From the IMG/VR virus record IMGVR_UViG_3300045256_000282, positions 1-64,000 of that record: DNA of 64,000 nucleotides, one strand, 5' to 3'. Every line of letters begins with the position of its first letter. Position 1 is the stretch's first letter. Source of the DNA: a virus. Shown here in pieces: positions 46,577 to 55,356 of the stretch. Below the pieces are notes generated by a model. The model was not told the DNA's origin, did not search any database, and was given only the letters and a program-made list of their open reading frames with translations. The translations under genes and the position numbers were made by a program.

Positions 46577-46975
46577 TTATTTTTGAACGAGTTGTCCTGC
46601 AGCCCAAACCGACAATACTGTCACAGCTACGCCCAATCCAAAGTGTACCCAATCACTCTTGCTGGATGCTGCCTCATAAGCCTGAAGCTTGTCGTTCATC
46701 TTAAAGCTGGTATCCATCCAAAGATCTGCTCGCTCTTTTTGCTTTACCAGGGCAAGATCCTTAAGTTCAATGGTCTTTTCAAGCTCTACAACCTGCTGTT
46801 CAACTAAGGCAAGTCTTTTCACTCTCTTACCGACCTCTACGTGACAATCTCGAGTATAGCTGTACGTGCCGTCTGGCATAGCCTTAATATCGTTTGCAAA
46901 ATCGCAAGCAGCAAAGCTTTGCGCTGGGAGGGACAAGATCATGGTAAATGCTATAAAACTACTTAACTTCTTCAC
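46577..46975 (-). CDS. Exported coiled-coil protein with C-terminal TM (spanin candidate)
   Basis: Signal peptide ending SFAAC, coiled coil, C-terminal hydrophobic helix. Confidence 0.5.
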   Translation of the reverse strand: MKKLSSFIAFTMILSLPAQSFAACDFANDIKAMPDGTYSYTRDCHVEVGKRVKRLALVEQQVVELEKTIELKDLALVKQKERADLWMDTSFKMNDKLQAYEAASSKSDWVHFGLGVAVTVLSVWAAGQLVQK

Positions 46976-47303
46976 AGTTCACCTTGATATAACCTTTCAA
47001 TCTTAAACCTTCGTAGCTAGCCTCAACTGGTACGGTAAACAAGTTATAAACGTTCACCTCGACCACAGCAAAGCCTTCTTTGAAGTTGTTTGATAGGACC
47101 TTACCCATAACAAGCTCTGTTGGGGTTCCTTCGTTACCCTGATTAAGGTCCATTATGATGCAAGCCCCTACTGGCTCCAACGGAACATGCCTAACGTACT
47201 TCGTGTAACCCATAAAAGAGATGGCTAAGAACGCTAGTCCTGACAATACTAGCACCAAAGCCTTTCTAAGTTTTTTGAGTAGGTTCATAACTTCTTGTTC
47301 CAA
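46959..47303 (-). CDS. Membrane-anchored hypothetical protein
   Basis: N-terminal TM helix; true start probably 47288. Confidence 0.6.
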   Translation of the reverse strand: MEQEVMNLLKKLRKALVLVLSGLAFLAISFMGYTKYVRHVPLEPVGACIIMDLNQGNEGTPTELVMGKVLSNNFKEGFAVVEVNVYNLFTVPVEASYEGLRLKGYIKVNCEEVK

Positions 47304-47581
47304 TCCGCATCATCGTCTGACTTAACGGCTTCAGCTTTCTTGCCAAGATCGTCGGCTTTTGCTTTATGCTCCTCAGCTTCCTGGTTTGCCTTGTCTGCCT
47401 CTTTTGAGATATCGGCGTCCTTCTTAACGGTATTATCTAAAAGCTTCTTAGCCGTAGCGACCAGGTAGGCTCTGTAGCCTTTCAGGAAGATCGATGCCAA
47501 TAATAGGATGATAATTGGTGCAGCAACCAAGATCACCTTAAGCTTATTTTCTTTCCATGCATTACTTACTTGATCCAGCAT
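47285..47581 (-). CDS. i-spanin-like protein (N-terminal TM plus coiled coil)
   Basis: ATG at 47581 after GGAGG; TM VILVAAPIIILLLASIFL, then a K/E/A helix. Confidence 0.5.
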   Translation of the reverse strand: MLDQVSNAWKENKLKVILVAAPIIILLLASIFLKGYRAYLVATAKKLLDNTVKKDADISKEADKANQEAEEHKAKADDLGKKAEAVKSDDDADWNKKL

Positions 47582-47915
47582 CTTCGCCTCCTCCATCTTG
47601 CGCTTTTTGCGCCTGAACAGTGCTTGTGATGCTTTGAACATCGGCACCCAAGGTAACCTGTTTACCATTCTTTTGATACTGTCTTCCGAGATAGGTGCTC
47701 AAAGTTAACCCCAACAACCAGAGTGCATTATCATAATCAACATTTCCGATCACCTTGGTCAGTCTTCCTGCCAACAGTATAACGCAGATACCAAATGATA
47801 CCACAGCCATGGTAAAAGTCAAGCTACCAGCACCAGTCTTTGGATCTCTTGCTAAAGGGATGGGAATCCCCTTACTGTTCATGTCGGATATAAACTTCTC
47901 TAGTTTGTCAAGCAT
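47562..47915 (-). CDS. Holin-like two-TM protein
   Basis: Two hydrophobic helices, charged C-terminus; late motif upstream on the minus strand. Confidence 0.55.
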   Translation of the reverse strand: MLDKLEKFISDMNSKGIPIPLARDPKTGAGSLTFTMAVVSFGICVILLAGRLTKVIGNVDYDNALWLLGLTLSTYLGRQYQKNGKQVTLGADVQSITSTVQAQKAQDGGGEDAGSSK

Positions 47916-48030
47916 TAGATACACCTCTACCTTCATTTAATATAGTATTCTCTGTAAAGAGAAATACTCACAAGAATATTCATATCATGAGTTTTAGACA
48001 CTTTTCAGACTTTCAGAAAAAATATTTTTA

Positions 48031-48038
48031 TTAAGATT
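48031..48038 (-). promoter_or_regulatory. Putative late promoter AATCTTnA for the lysis-like operon
   Basis: AATCTTAA on the minus strand. Confidence 0.5.
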
Positions 48039-48065
48039 GACTGCTAAGATCAGTTATGAGATCCT
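48037..48065 (+). promoter_or_regulatory. Early sigma70-type promoter
   Basis: TTGACT-17-GATCCT with TG extension. Confidence 0.6.
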
Positions 48066-48082
48066 GTTTACAGGAGAAACTT

Positions 48083-48349
48083 ATGTTTGAAAAGATTCAT
48101 CAGACTTCTTACGATTTAATCAGGCACATGGGCGGAAACTTTAGCCTCATTGGAGCAGATGGCACACTTTTTTCCCACGGCTCATTAAACGTGGTGGTAA
48201 AGTACATGGTGGCAAATCTTGATTTTGACATAGATCAGATCGAGTATGCTGTAGAGCAGCTTGAGGACAATGATCACCTTAGAGCACATTTTGGTTGTTA
48301 TCGTAAGTTTATCTTTACAGATACGCCCATGATGCAAGGTGTTGCTTGA
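48083..48349 (+). CDS. Hypothetical protein
   Basis: ATG at 48083 after AGGAG. Confidence 0.7.
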   Translation: MFEKIHQTSYDLIRHMGGNFSLIGADGTLFSHGSLNVVVKYMVANLDFDIDQIEYAVEQLEDNDHLRAHFGCYRKFIFTDTPMMQGVA

Positions 48350-48723
48350 AGATCTTGTTCTTAGGCCAGTCTCCAGCCAAGAACTACATAGGTTTGGCGT
48401 TTTTGGGCACTAAGTCTGGTAGAACTCTTTTTTCTTGGATAAGAGATTCTGGCACGAAACTTGATCAGTGTGGTTTTGCAAACGCTTCAGAGTACACTTC
48501 AAAAGAACTTCGCGAACTAATAAGAAGCTTTGACGGAATAGTTTTGTGCGGCAAGTTTGCAGCAAAAGCTTTTAATAATGCTAACTTAACTGTTCCTTGT
48601 GTAACCATAGAGCATCCTAGCGGGCTCAACAGAAACCTTAACGATCCGTTAAAGGTTAAGAACTGCATATCTTTGATCTCATCTTTACGAGAATCTTTAA
48701 ACCTAAGAGGACAAGCTTCATGA
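48346..48723 (+). CDS. Minimal uracil-DNA glycosylase superfamily protein
   Basis: ILFLGQSP..F.G.KSGRTL..VLCG..A..HPSGLN. Confidence 0.75.
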   Translation: MKILFLGQSPAKNYIGLAFLGTKSGRTLFSWIRDSGTKLDQCGFANASEYTSKELRELIRSFDGIVLCGKFAAKAFNNANLTVPCVTIEHPSGLNRNLNDPLKVKNCISLISSLRESLNLRGQAS

Positions 48724-48971
48724 CGCTAGATTGCAACAAGTACAGGATACCCTTAGACGCAACGTTACGTTTGATCAAAGGTAGGCTAGAAAAGGGTGAG
48801 TCTCCAAGGGATGTCGCATCCTCTCTATGCATGATGACTTCCATACCTATTGCTGTTTGCCAGATGTACGTTTTAAGACCTGAGGTACACGGCCCGGATG
48901 CTGAGTTAGAAGCAAACCTAAAATCAGTAATGGATTTCTACGGTTACGACGATATCGTACCTTTTATTTGA
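48720..48971 (+). CDS. Hypothetical protein
   Basis: 83 aa, ATGA overlap. Confidence 0.65.
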   Translation: MTLDCNKYRIPLDATLRLIKGRLEKGESPRDVASSLCMMTSIPIAVCQMYVLRPEVHGPDAELEANLKSVMDFYGYDDIVPFI

Positions 48972-48996
48972 CATCCTAACAAAAACTTGATATGCT
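48968..48996 (+). promoter_or_regulatory. Early sigma70-type promoter
   Basis: TTGACA-17-TATGCT with TG extension. Confidence 0.7.
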
Positions 48997-49018
48997 GTAC
49001 TAGAAAGGTCGGTGTTTC

Positions 49019-49432
49019 ATGGCTAAAGAAGCTATCATAGCCCTTATCATAGCTTATTCAAAGATCTTCGGAGTTGATCCGCAGGTTGCGATAAGCGTTG
49101 CCGAGGTAGAGTCGAAGTTTAACGTAAGCGCGGTCGGAGGACTGGGCGAGGTTGGACTTTTTCAGATCAGACCAGAATTCTATCCTATGTTTACCAGGAA
49201 GCAACTAGCTATTCCAGAAACTAACATCATGCTGGGTGTTCAGAAGATCGCCCTATATCAGAAGACATGTTTTCACAAGAACGACATCAACTTCCTGATA
49301 TGCTATAACTACGGTCCTGCGAACGCTAAGAAGGTTAAGTACCCACATCTTTTTCCTTACATCAAGAAGGTGAAGGCTCAGATGATCAACTGGAAGCATT
49401 TTTCTGAACTTGCTCACGTAACACAAAAGTAG
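49019..49432 (+). CDS. Lytic transglycosylase (SLT domain)
   Basis: VESKFN..A..GEVGLFQI..NI..G..YNYGP. Confidence 0.88.
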   Translation: MAKEAIIALIIAYSKIFGVDPQVAISVAEVESKFNVSAVGGLGEVGLFQIRPEFYPMFTRKQLAIPETNIMLGVQKIALYQKTCFHKNDINFLICYNYGPANAKKVKYPHLFPYIKKVKAQMINWKHFSELAHVTQK

Positions 49433-49437
49433 AGGCT

Positions 49438-49680
49438 GTGATGCAGATCAACTGTCAATTTAGACCCCCTTTCTCTTCAATCTGCGATAAACCTGCAGAA
49501 GTGGTCTCCCGAGGGGCTGGAGAAAACGGAAGCGATCTTTATGTCTGCCGAAGACATGACATGTTCTGTTACAAGTGCGGTCGTCAAGCTACGGAGCAGT
49601 GTGAAAGAGTGGTAGATTTTAAATGCTGCGGGGCTCCCGAGTGCTCAAGTCACAGTCATAACGGAGAGCATGAGGAGTGA
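49438..49680 (+). CDS. Cys-rich hypothetical protein
   Basis: Multiple Cys/His pairs. Confidence 0.6.
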   Translation: MMQINCQFRPPFSSICDKPAEVVSRGAGENGSDLYVCRRHDMFCYKCGRQATEQCERVVDFKCCGAPECSSHSHNGEHEE

Positions 49681-50210
49681 AGAAGCTTCACCTGACTATA
49701 ATGGTAGGATTTCCGGGCTCAGGCAAGTCAACCTGGGTGGAAAACCATATGCCTACAATATACAGAGCTTCTCAAGATGAGCTGGGCTCCAAGGGAAAGT
49801 TCTTTGAGATGGTAGAGAAGAAGCTTAAGGAAGGCAATAGTGTTGTTGCCGACAGATGCAATCACACCAAAAAACATAGGGCTGCCCTAGTACAAATCGC
49901 TAAGAAATATGATGCAACCGTTCACCTGGTATGGATAGCCACACCCGATAAGGAAGCGTGGAACAGGTTAAGAGATCGAAAAGAACATCCCACCATAGAT
50001 TACGAAAGATCGGAGTCTGATAAGGCTAAGATCTACTATAGGTTTAACGCCGAGTTTGAGTACCCAGAGATGATCGAAGAGGATTTTGATACGTTTGAGG
50101 TTATCGGTCCAGTCAACAGATGCCCCGAATGCTCAAGGTTTGTAATACAAGGTCCAGGTCGAAGCTTATGCGCCACATGCCATAATGAAAGAAGGACTGG
50201 AAATGCCTAA
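49677..50210 (+). CDS. P-loop kinase (AAA_33 / polynucleotide kinase-like)
   Basis: MVGFPGSGKST, SQD, VVADRCN, R..HPTI. Confidence 0.85.
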   Translation: MKKLHLTIMVGFPGSGKSTWVENHMPTIYRASQDELGSKGKFFEMVEKKLKEGNSVVADRCNHTKKHRAALVQIAKKYDATVHLVWIATPDKEAWNRLRDRKEHPTIDYERSESDKAKIYYRFNAEFEYPEMIEEDFDTFEVIGPVNRCPECSRFVIQGPGRSLCATCHNERRTGNA

Positions 50211-50345
50211 GAATAAATGTGATAGTTGTAACAAGAAAGAGGCCACTATTGACTGTGGCGAGATGGTCATGTGTAAAGACTGCTTTGATGGGAACGGAGT
50301 ATCTCCTTCAGAGGCGGATCTTGAAAATTATGAAAAGGGCGGAAC

Positions 50346-50594
50346 ATGCTGAAGTTTTTTATGGTGGTGCTAGCTTTGATCTGCTCTTTTGGCTTGTTTA
50401 AGCAAAGAGTGGACTTTCAGAAGAGATTGGTTGCCTACAAGAATGCTGCAGAGTGGGGATGCTATCAGGGCTACCTTTCTGCCACGAATTCTGTAGAAGA
50501 TGAAATTAAAAGGGGTGAGATCCGAGAAGAAGGTTTGATCAGATGTCCCGTCATGGCGGAAGGTTTTAAGGAATTTATAAGGAACGGCAAATGA
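50346..50594 (+). CDS. Membrane-anchored hypothetical protein
   Basis: N-terminal hydrophobic helix. Confidence 0.6.
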   Translation: MLKFFMVVLALICSFGLFKQRVDFQKRLVAYKNAAEWGCYQGYLSATNSVEDEIKRGEIREEGLIRCPVMAEGFKEFIRNGK

Positions 50595-51592
50595 ACAAGA
50601 TCATGGAGATGCGTTTTGGCAGCCATCTTTATGGCACCAATACCGAAAACTCTGATTTAGACATGAAAGCGATCTATATTCCTTCTGCTCGAGAGATCAT
50701 CTTGGGTAATTACAAGAAAACGATCACGGTCACCAGGAACAAGAAGGAAGGCGAAAGAAACACAAAGGACGACATAGACGTCGAGATGTTCAGTCTTGAT
50801 CGGTATCTCGAGCTTCTTATGGAAGGCCAGACAGTAGCTTTAGACATAACCTTTGGTGTAGGGGTTGACGATATAGAGTCAGATCTTGGATCTGAGATCT
50901 TCATCACCATAATCCAGAACCTAGACAAGTTGTTGACTAGAAACGTCAACGCCTTCGTGGGGTATGCAAGGCAGCAGGCTGCTAAGTACGGTATCAAAGG
51001 ATCTAGAATGGACGCGCTAAAGAGCGTCATGGAGATGCTCGAGCTGTTCTACTACCAGGACAAGTTGATCGACCACAAGGTCGAGCTTGAGGCTTTAGTT
51101 GAGCGATCAAGCGAGCTGATCTCTCTTGAGAAGACGCCGCTGATCGAAATCGTCGACATCAAGGGACCTAACGGTAGTGTGGAGCCCCACCTTCATGTAT
51201 GCGGTAGGAAGATTCCGTTCCACGCCAAGGTTCAGTTCGCCAAGCAAGTATTTGGAAAGATTTTAGAAGGATATGGATCTCGAGCACGCAAGGCAAACCT
51301 TGACGGAGGTATCGACTGGAAAGCGCTATCTCATGCTGTAAGAGTTAATAATGAGGCGCTCGAGTTGCTTAATACGGGAAAGATCACTTTTCCAAGACCG
51401 GAGGCTCAACTCCTATTAGACATAAAGCTTGGAAAGATTGAATACGAAAAAGTTGCGGAGATGATCGAGCAAGGTTTGGCAGACTTGACGGAAGCTCATA
51501 AGACCAGCAAACTCAGAGACGAACCAGACAAAGAGTGGGCTAAAGATTTCTTGTATTCTGTATACCTTGAAGAAATTAAGAGGACAACGTGA
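50591..51592 (+). CDS. Nucleotidyltransferase (DNA pol beta superfamily, phage type)
   Basis: FGSHLYGTNTENSDLD; DWKALSHAVR; FPRP. Confidence 0.88.
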   Translation: MNKIMEMRFGSHLYGTNTENSDLDMKAIYIPSAREIILGNYKKTITVTRNKKEGERNTKDDIDVEMFSLDRYLELLMEGQTVALDITFGVGVDDIESDLGSEIFITIIQNLDKLLTRNVNAFVGYARQQAAKYGIKGSRMDALKSVMEMLELFYYQDKLIDHKVELEALVERSSELISLEKTPLIEIVDIKGPNGSVEPHLHVCGRKIPFHAKVQFAKQVFGKILEGYGSRARKANLDGGIDWKALSHAVRVNNEALELLNTGKITFPRPEAQLLLDIKLGKIEYEKVAEMIEQGLADLTEAHKTSKLRDEPDKEWAKDFLYSVYLEEIKRTT

Positions 51593-51990
51593 AAATTAAC
51601 TACAAGGACGCGTACCTTCAATTGATTGAGTATGTAAACGCAAAGAATGTCTGGGTTTACGATACCGACCTGCATGGTCCTGGTATGGCTTTTGATCTAA
51701 GACGTGGCGGCACACGAAGACTAATCGGCATAGACGGCAGGCTTTCTTGGAAAAGACGGCTTTTTGTACTGATGCATGAGGTTGGGCATCTTTTCTTCCT
51801 GCATATCCCTACTCAAAAACTCAAGTTCAGAAAAAGCACCGGCTCCAGCGAGATCGCTGCCAACAGAACTGCGGTAAGGCTGATCAAGATATTGACAGGT
51901 CGTGACAGGCACAAGCTTCATCTCGAATATGCTCGCTATTATAACAGTGCTGTAAAAGGAACCTCTAGGAACAAGTTCTTGTTGACTTAA
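51589..51990 (+). CDS. ImmA/IrrE-like metallopeptidase
   Basis: FVLMHEVGH..EIAAN. Confidence 0.75.
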   Translation: MKINYKDAYLQLIEYVNAKNVWVYDTDLHGPGMAFDLRRGGTRRLIGIDGRLSWKRRLFVLMHEVGHLFFLHIPTQKLKFRKSTGSSEIAANRTAVRLIKILTGRDRHKLHLEYARYYNSAVKGTSRNKFLLT

Positions 51991-52020
51991 AGGGTCAGAT
52001 TTGTAAAGATACAAGGAGAG

Positions 52021-52377
52021 GTGCTTATGGGAAAAATGAAAGAGCTTTACATCAACGCTTACGAGTCTGGCATCGATCTTGGTATGGATCATGACGAAGC
52101 TGATCAGTACGCAAGGGAATCATTAGCACAAATGTTCGATATTGAAGATAACAATAGCAGATATGAGTCAAATAAGAAGATCCTAGAGATTTTGGGACGT
52201 TTGAACGAAGAAAATCCTGATCAAAGGTTTGTTCAGTTGTTGTTCAATGCTGACATCTTAGTCTCTAACAGAGGGGAAGACGGTAAGATTTCTGTAGAAA
52301 ACGAGTACAACACAGAATCAGAAGAAACTTTAGAAAGACTTTTGAATTCTAGCATTGTAAATTCAGATAAGGAATAA
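52021..52377 (+). CDS. Hypothetical protein
   Basis: NPDQRFVQL; SD AAGGAG. Confidence 0.7.
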   Translation: MLMGKMKELYINAYESGIDLGMDHDEADQYARESLAQMFDIEDNNSRYESNKKILEILGRLNEENPDQRFVQLLFNADILVSNRGEDGKISVENEYNTESEETLERLLNSSIVNSDKE

Positions 52378-52386
52378 GGAGATCGC

Positions 52387-52818
52387 ATGTTCGGACTATT
52401 CAATAAACATTTAAAGGCAGAGATTGAAAAACTACAGAAGCAGCTGGCGGAGCACCGTGACCATCAGGGCCGCGCCGACCGATTATTTGCTGAGCTTAAG
52501 GAAGCAAAGCAGGAAAACGAAAATCTTCGGATTTCTCTTGAATCCACCGAAAGACAAGTCGAAGAGCTTAGAAACGAATATTCGGTAAAACTCACCGATG
52601 CTCAGGCTAAAAAGTATTTGAAGGCGCTTGATAAGCGGAATCTTCAGAAGCTTGAGGATATTGTGAACTCTATGCCTAACGATTCCTACTTTTATAGCGA
52701 ATTCATTGTTTACGTCAAGAAGACAAATAAGACCGAGCTTCGTTTGATTGAAGATAAGCTGGGGGCTCTTAAGATCCTAAGTCAGGCTAAGCGAGGAGCT
52801 ATCAAGATCGTGTGCTGA
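52387..52818 (+). CDS. Coiled-coil hypothetical protein
   Basis: 143 aa, SD AAGGAG. Confidence 0.75.
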   Translation: MFGLFNKHLKAEIEKLQKQLAEHRDHQGRADRLFAELKEAKQENENLRISLESTERQVEELRNEYSVKLTDAQAKKYLKALDKRNLQKLEDIVNSMPNDSYFYSEFIVYVKKTNKTELRLIEDKLGALKILSQAKRGAIKIVC

Positions 52819-52896
52819 GAGCTTTAACTTATATTTTTATGGATTGCAAGCACCAAGTATTGCGTGATATCATTAGACCAGAAAGAAGACTATAAA

Positions 52897-53125
52897 ATGA
52901 GTAAAAAAAATAAGCAAAGTCAAAACGAAGAAAAAAGATAAGAAGTATTGGGTACACTACGTTGAAAACTCAACTCCCAAGATCAAAGGGTTTGCCACAC
53001 AACCGTCTTTGAATCGATTCGTAAACAATTTTCCTTCAAACCCAGAAGACGGCTATTGGGTTGATTTTACCTTTAAGGGTAAGATTATCCATGCTGACCA
53101 TTATTACGAGGGCGATATAAAATGA
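52897..53125 (+). pseudogene. ORF interrupted at an A8 tract (frameshifted gene or sequencing error)
   Basis: ATG 52897 frame stops after 14 codons; removing one A from 52903-52910 gives MSKKISKVKTKKKDKKYW...EGDIK, whose TGA overlaps the next ATG (53122). Confidence 0.55.
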
Positions 53126-53405
53126 GAGCGATTGCCGTAGTCATTGCATCCATTATAATCTACGGCGCTTCTCTGTACCTTGGCGCTAAGCTTGTTAGGG
53201 AGATCGGTAACGTTAAGTTTCATTTAGAGGACCCCGTCCCATGAGAGTTGGCGAACTCAAGAAGTTCCTAGAAGCCACCGACGATGAGGTTTTGGTTAAC
53301 CTAGAGGTTTTATTGGACGGCAAGACCATCTGTGTCACTGCGGACACAGTTCAGGACGATGAGGTTGGCTCAATAGTTTTAGTTAGTTACCTCAAAAAAT
53401 AATTG

Positions 53406-53434
53406 TTGACTCTATAGGTCATCTATGAGATGAT
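53406..53434 (+). promoter_or_regulatory. Early sigma70-type promoter (possibly leaderless mRNA)
   Basis: TTGACT-17-GATGAT; ATG 6 nt downstream. Confidence 0.55.
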
Positions 53435-53440
53435 TTATAC

Positions 53441-53716
53441 ATGAAAACAATAACACAAGAAAATGCAGTTAAGTTAATCAAGTCAACAGAAGGCCGTATC
53501 TTTACGGTTGAGTTCACCAAGAAAGATGGTAGCCATCGCAAGATGAACTGCCGCTTAGGTGTAACAAAGCACCTCAAGGGTGGTGAGCTTGCTTACGAAC
53601 CCTCTGAGTATGATCTGATCACGGTTTTTGATGTTCAAAAAGGTGGATACCGAATGATCGCTATCGACACTCTTGAACAGGTCGCCATAGATGGCGAAGA
53701 ATACAAGGTGGCATAA
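53441..53716 (+). CDS. SH3/WYL-like beta-barrel phage protein
   Basis: FTVEFTKKDGSHRKM..VFDVQKGGYR. Confidence 0.7.
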   Translation: MKTITQENAVKLIKSTEGRIFTVEFTKKDGSHRKMNCRLGVTKHLKGGELAYEPSEYDLITVFDVQKGGYRMIAIDTLEQVAIDGEEYKVA

Positions 53717-53717
53717 T

Positions 53718-53960
53718 ATGAAAAAACTCGTTAGAGACCTAAAACCAAACGACCATTTTCTGGACAGCTTTGGCAACGCTTTAGTTGTTGAAAGTATTGG
53801 ACAGGTCATCGAATCCACCATATCCAGATCTTACCCTAAAGTTAAGATCTTTTTGATTACTCAAAAAGGTAACAGGATGCACATGATTTTCGATGCTAAC
53901 AGGGAGGTTGAGTTTTTTTCAAAACAAGAACTCATTAAAGACCCAGGAAAGGATAGTTGA
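53718..53960 (+). CDS. Hypothetical protein
   Basis: Probable ATG at 53718. Confidence 0.6.
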   Translation: MKKLVRDLKPNDHFLDSFGNALVVESIGQVIESTISRSYPKVKIFLITQKGNRMHMIFDANREVEFFSKQELIKDPGKDS

Positions 53961-53961
53961 T

Positions 53962-54159
53962 ATGTACAGCGGAAAGAAGTTGATCGAAGAGACTACGTCT
54001 TTAGTTTATAAGCTTCTCCCTAACTTGACGATTGAAACCGTCCGGTATTTTGTGGTAGATTCATATAGCACCGCAGAATACTTTGACGGAGAACCCGTAA
54101 ACCCTGAGTGGTTTGCAGGGAAGGTGGTTGAGCGGATGAAGTGGAAGGGAGCTGTATGA
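53962..54159 (+). CDS. Hypothetical protein
   Basis: Probable ATG at 53962. Confidence 0.6.
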   Translation: MYSGKKLIEETTSLVYKLLPNLTIETVRYFVVDSYSTAEYFDGEPVNPEWFAGKVVERMKWKGAV

Positions 54160-54446
54160 TTACGACTGAAACGAAAAAACTCATCGATCAGCTCGAAAAG
54201 ATGCTAGCAAAGTGCCCACCTTTCCCTTGGGAGTTTGGTGGGAATGTACCTTTTTACGTCGATGTCCGAAAACCTCGCCCGTCTCTTTCAAAGCATGACG
54301 ATGCTCGACCCTCATACTGGCACTACGATGACGGACTATACGTTTCTGCTGCCATACACTCTGTACCAAAGTTGATCGAGGAGATTAAACGCTTGGAACT
54401 TGCTTTAGACCAGGCACTACAAACTAAGGAGAATGCGCATGAATGA
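54156..54446 (+). CDS. Hypothetical protein (Ead/Ea22-like pattern)
   Basis: PFPW..VPKLIEEIKRL. Confidence 0.55.
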   Translation: MITTETKKLIDQLEKMLAKCPPFPWEFGGNVPFYVDVRKPRPSLSKHDDARPSYWHYDDGLYVSAAIHSVPKLIEEIKRLELALDQALQTKENAHE

Positions 54447-54726
54447 TCTAGAAGTAAGATTTTTTGACCTCGTAAAAGAGTACGAAAGGCTTAACGAGCA
54501 CCGCAAGAAGGCATGGGCTGAGCTTGAGGTGGTTATGCAGAGCCTGGGAGTGGGTACGTATCATCAGGATACAGACCTGACCGTCTACAAGATCACAAAA
54601 CCTACGGGAACTTATGTCGAGTTTCGCCAAGTTGGCTACGACAGGACCGCAAAGGCTCACGAGTCACGAGGCACGCTGTCTAAGAAGGAAGCGGAGGAGA
54701 ACGGCTTTGCCGTTTTTAAGAAGTGA
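54433..54726 (+). CDS. Hypothetical protein
   Basis: SD AAGGAG; coupled. Confidence 0.7.
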   Translation: MRMNDLEVRFFDLVKEYERLNEHRKKAWAELEVVMQSLGVGTYHQDTDLTVYKITKPTGTYVEFRQVGYDRTAKAHESRGTLSKKEAEENGFAVFKK

Positions 54727-54926
54727 TGTACACGCTATTATCTAAGATGAAGTTCTTGCAGGAAGACCCTGACACTGAGATCGGAAGATTCGAAGGGGTG
54801 GCTGAGGCCATCTTTTATGCCAAAGAGGTGGCGTTTCCGAGCGAAGAGTTTTACGTGGTGGATGATTACGGAACGTTTATGGCAAGTATCGTTACTAAGT
54901 CTGAGGTGCCGAAGGCTTTAGCTTAG
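54723..54926 (+). CDS. Hypothetical protein
   Basis: 67 aa, coupled. Confidence 0.55.
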   Translation: MMYTLLSKMKFLQEDPDTEIGRFEGVAEAIFYAKEVAFPSEEFYVVDDYGTFMASIVTKSEVPKALA

Positions 54927-55294
54927 CGTTCGCTGACCAACTTAGTCAACAATGTAACAAGTTGACTGTGCTGACCACGGACTTCTTCTCTGAGTTCTTC
55001 GATCTTATGTCCTAGGTTCCTGATCTCTGAGTTGTAAGTCTCTCTGATGTGGCTGACATCCTTCTTGAATGAGTCTTCAAGTCTGGTGATCTCCCTGGTC
55101 AGGTTCTCGATCTGGCCTTTCAAGATAGCCACGTCCGTCTGTCCAGTTGCTTTTACAAGGTCTATTGCCTTCTCTGTTTCCTCAGCAAGTTCTTGCTTGA
55201 AACCTGCCTTAAGACGTGATACACTCACGTAGAGTCCGAGTAGGGTGGAGAGTGCGATCAAGAGTTGTGCTATCAGGGTGTGGTCCATGGCCAT
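54923..55294 (-). CDS. N-terminal TM coiled-coil protein under a late promoter
   Basis: TM helix plus coiled coil; AATCTTTA on the minus strand at 55310-55317. Confidence 0.7.
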   Translation of the reverse strand: MAMDHTLIAQLLIALSTLLGLYVSVSRLKAGFKQELAEETEKAIDLVKATGQTDVAILKGQIENLTREITRLEDSFKKDVSHIRETYNSEIRNLGHKIEELREEVRGQHSQLVTLLTKLVSER

Positions 55295-55356
55295 AATTTC
55301 CTCACCTTATAAAGATTACTGCTTTTTACATGATATCATTAGGTTTAGAGGTTCAA

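Noticed and set aside
50219-50401. ORF-track 60-aa ORF
   Set aside because: An overlapping Cys-rich frame starting at 50203 (MPKNKCDSC...) couples better with neighbouring genes.
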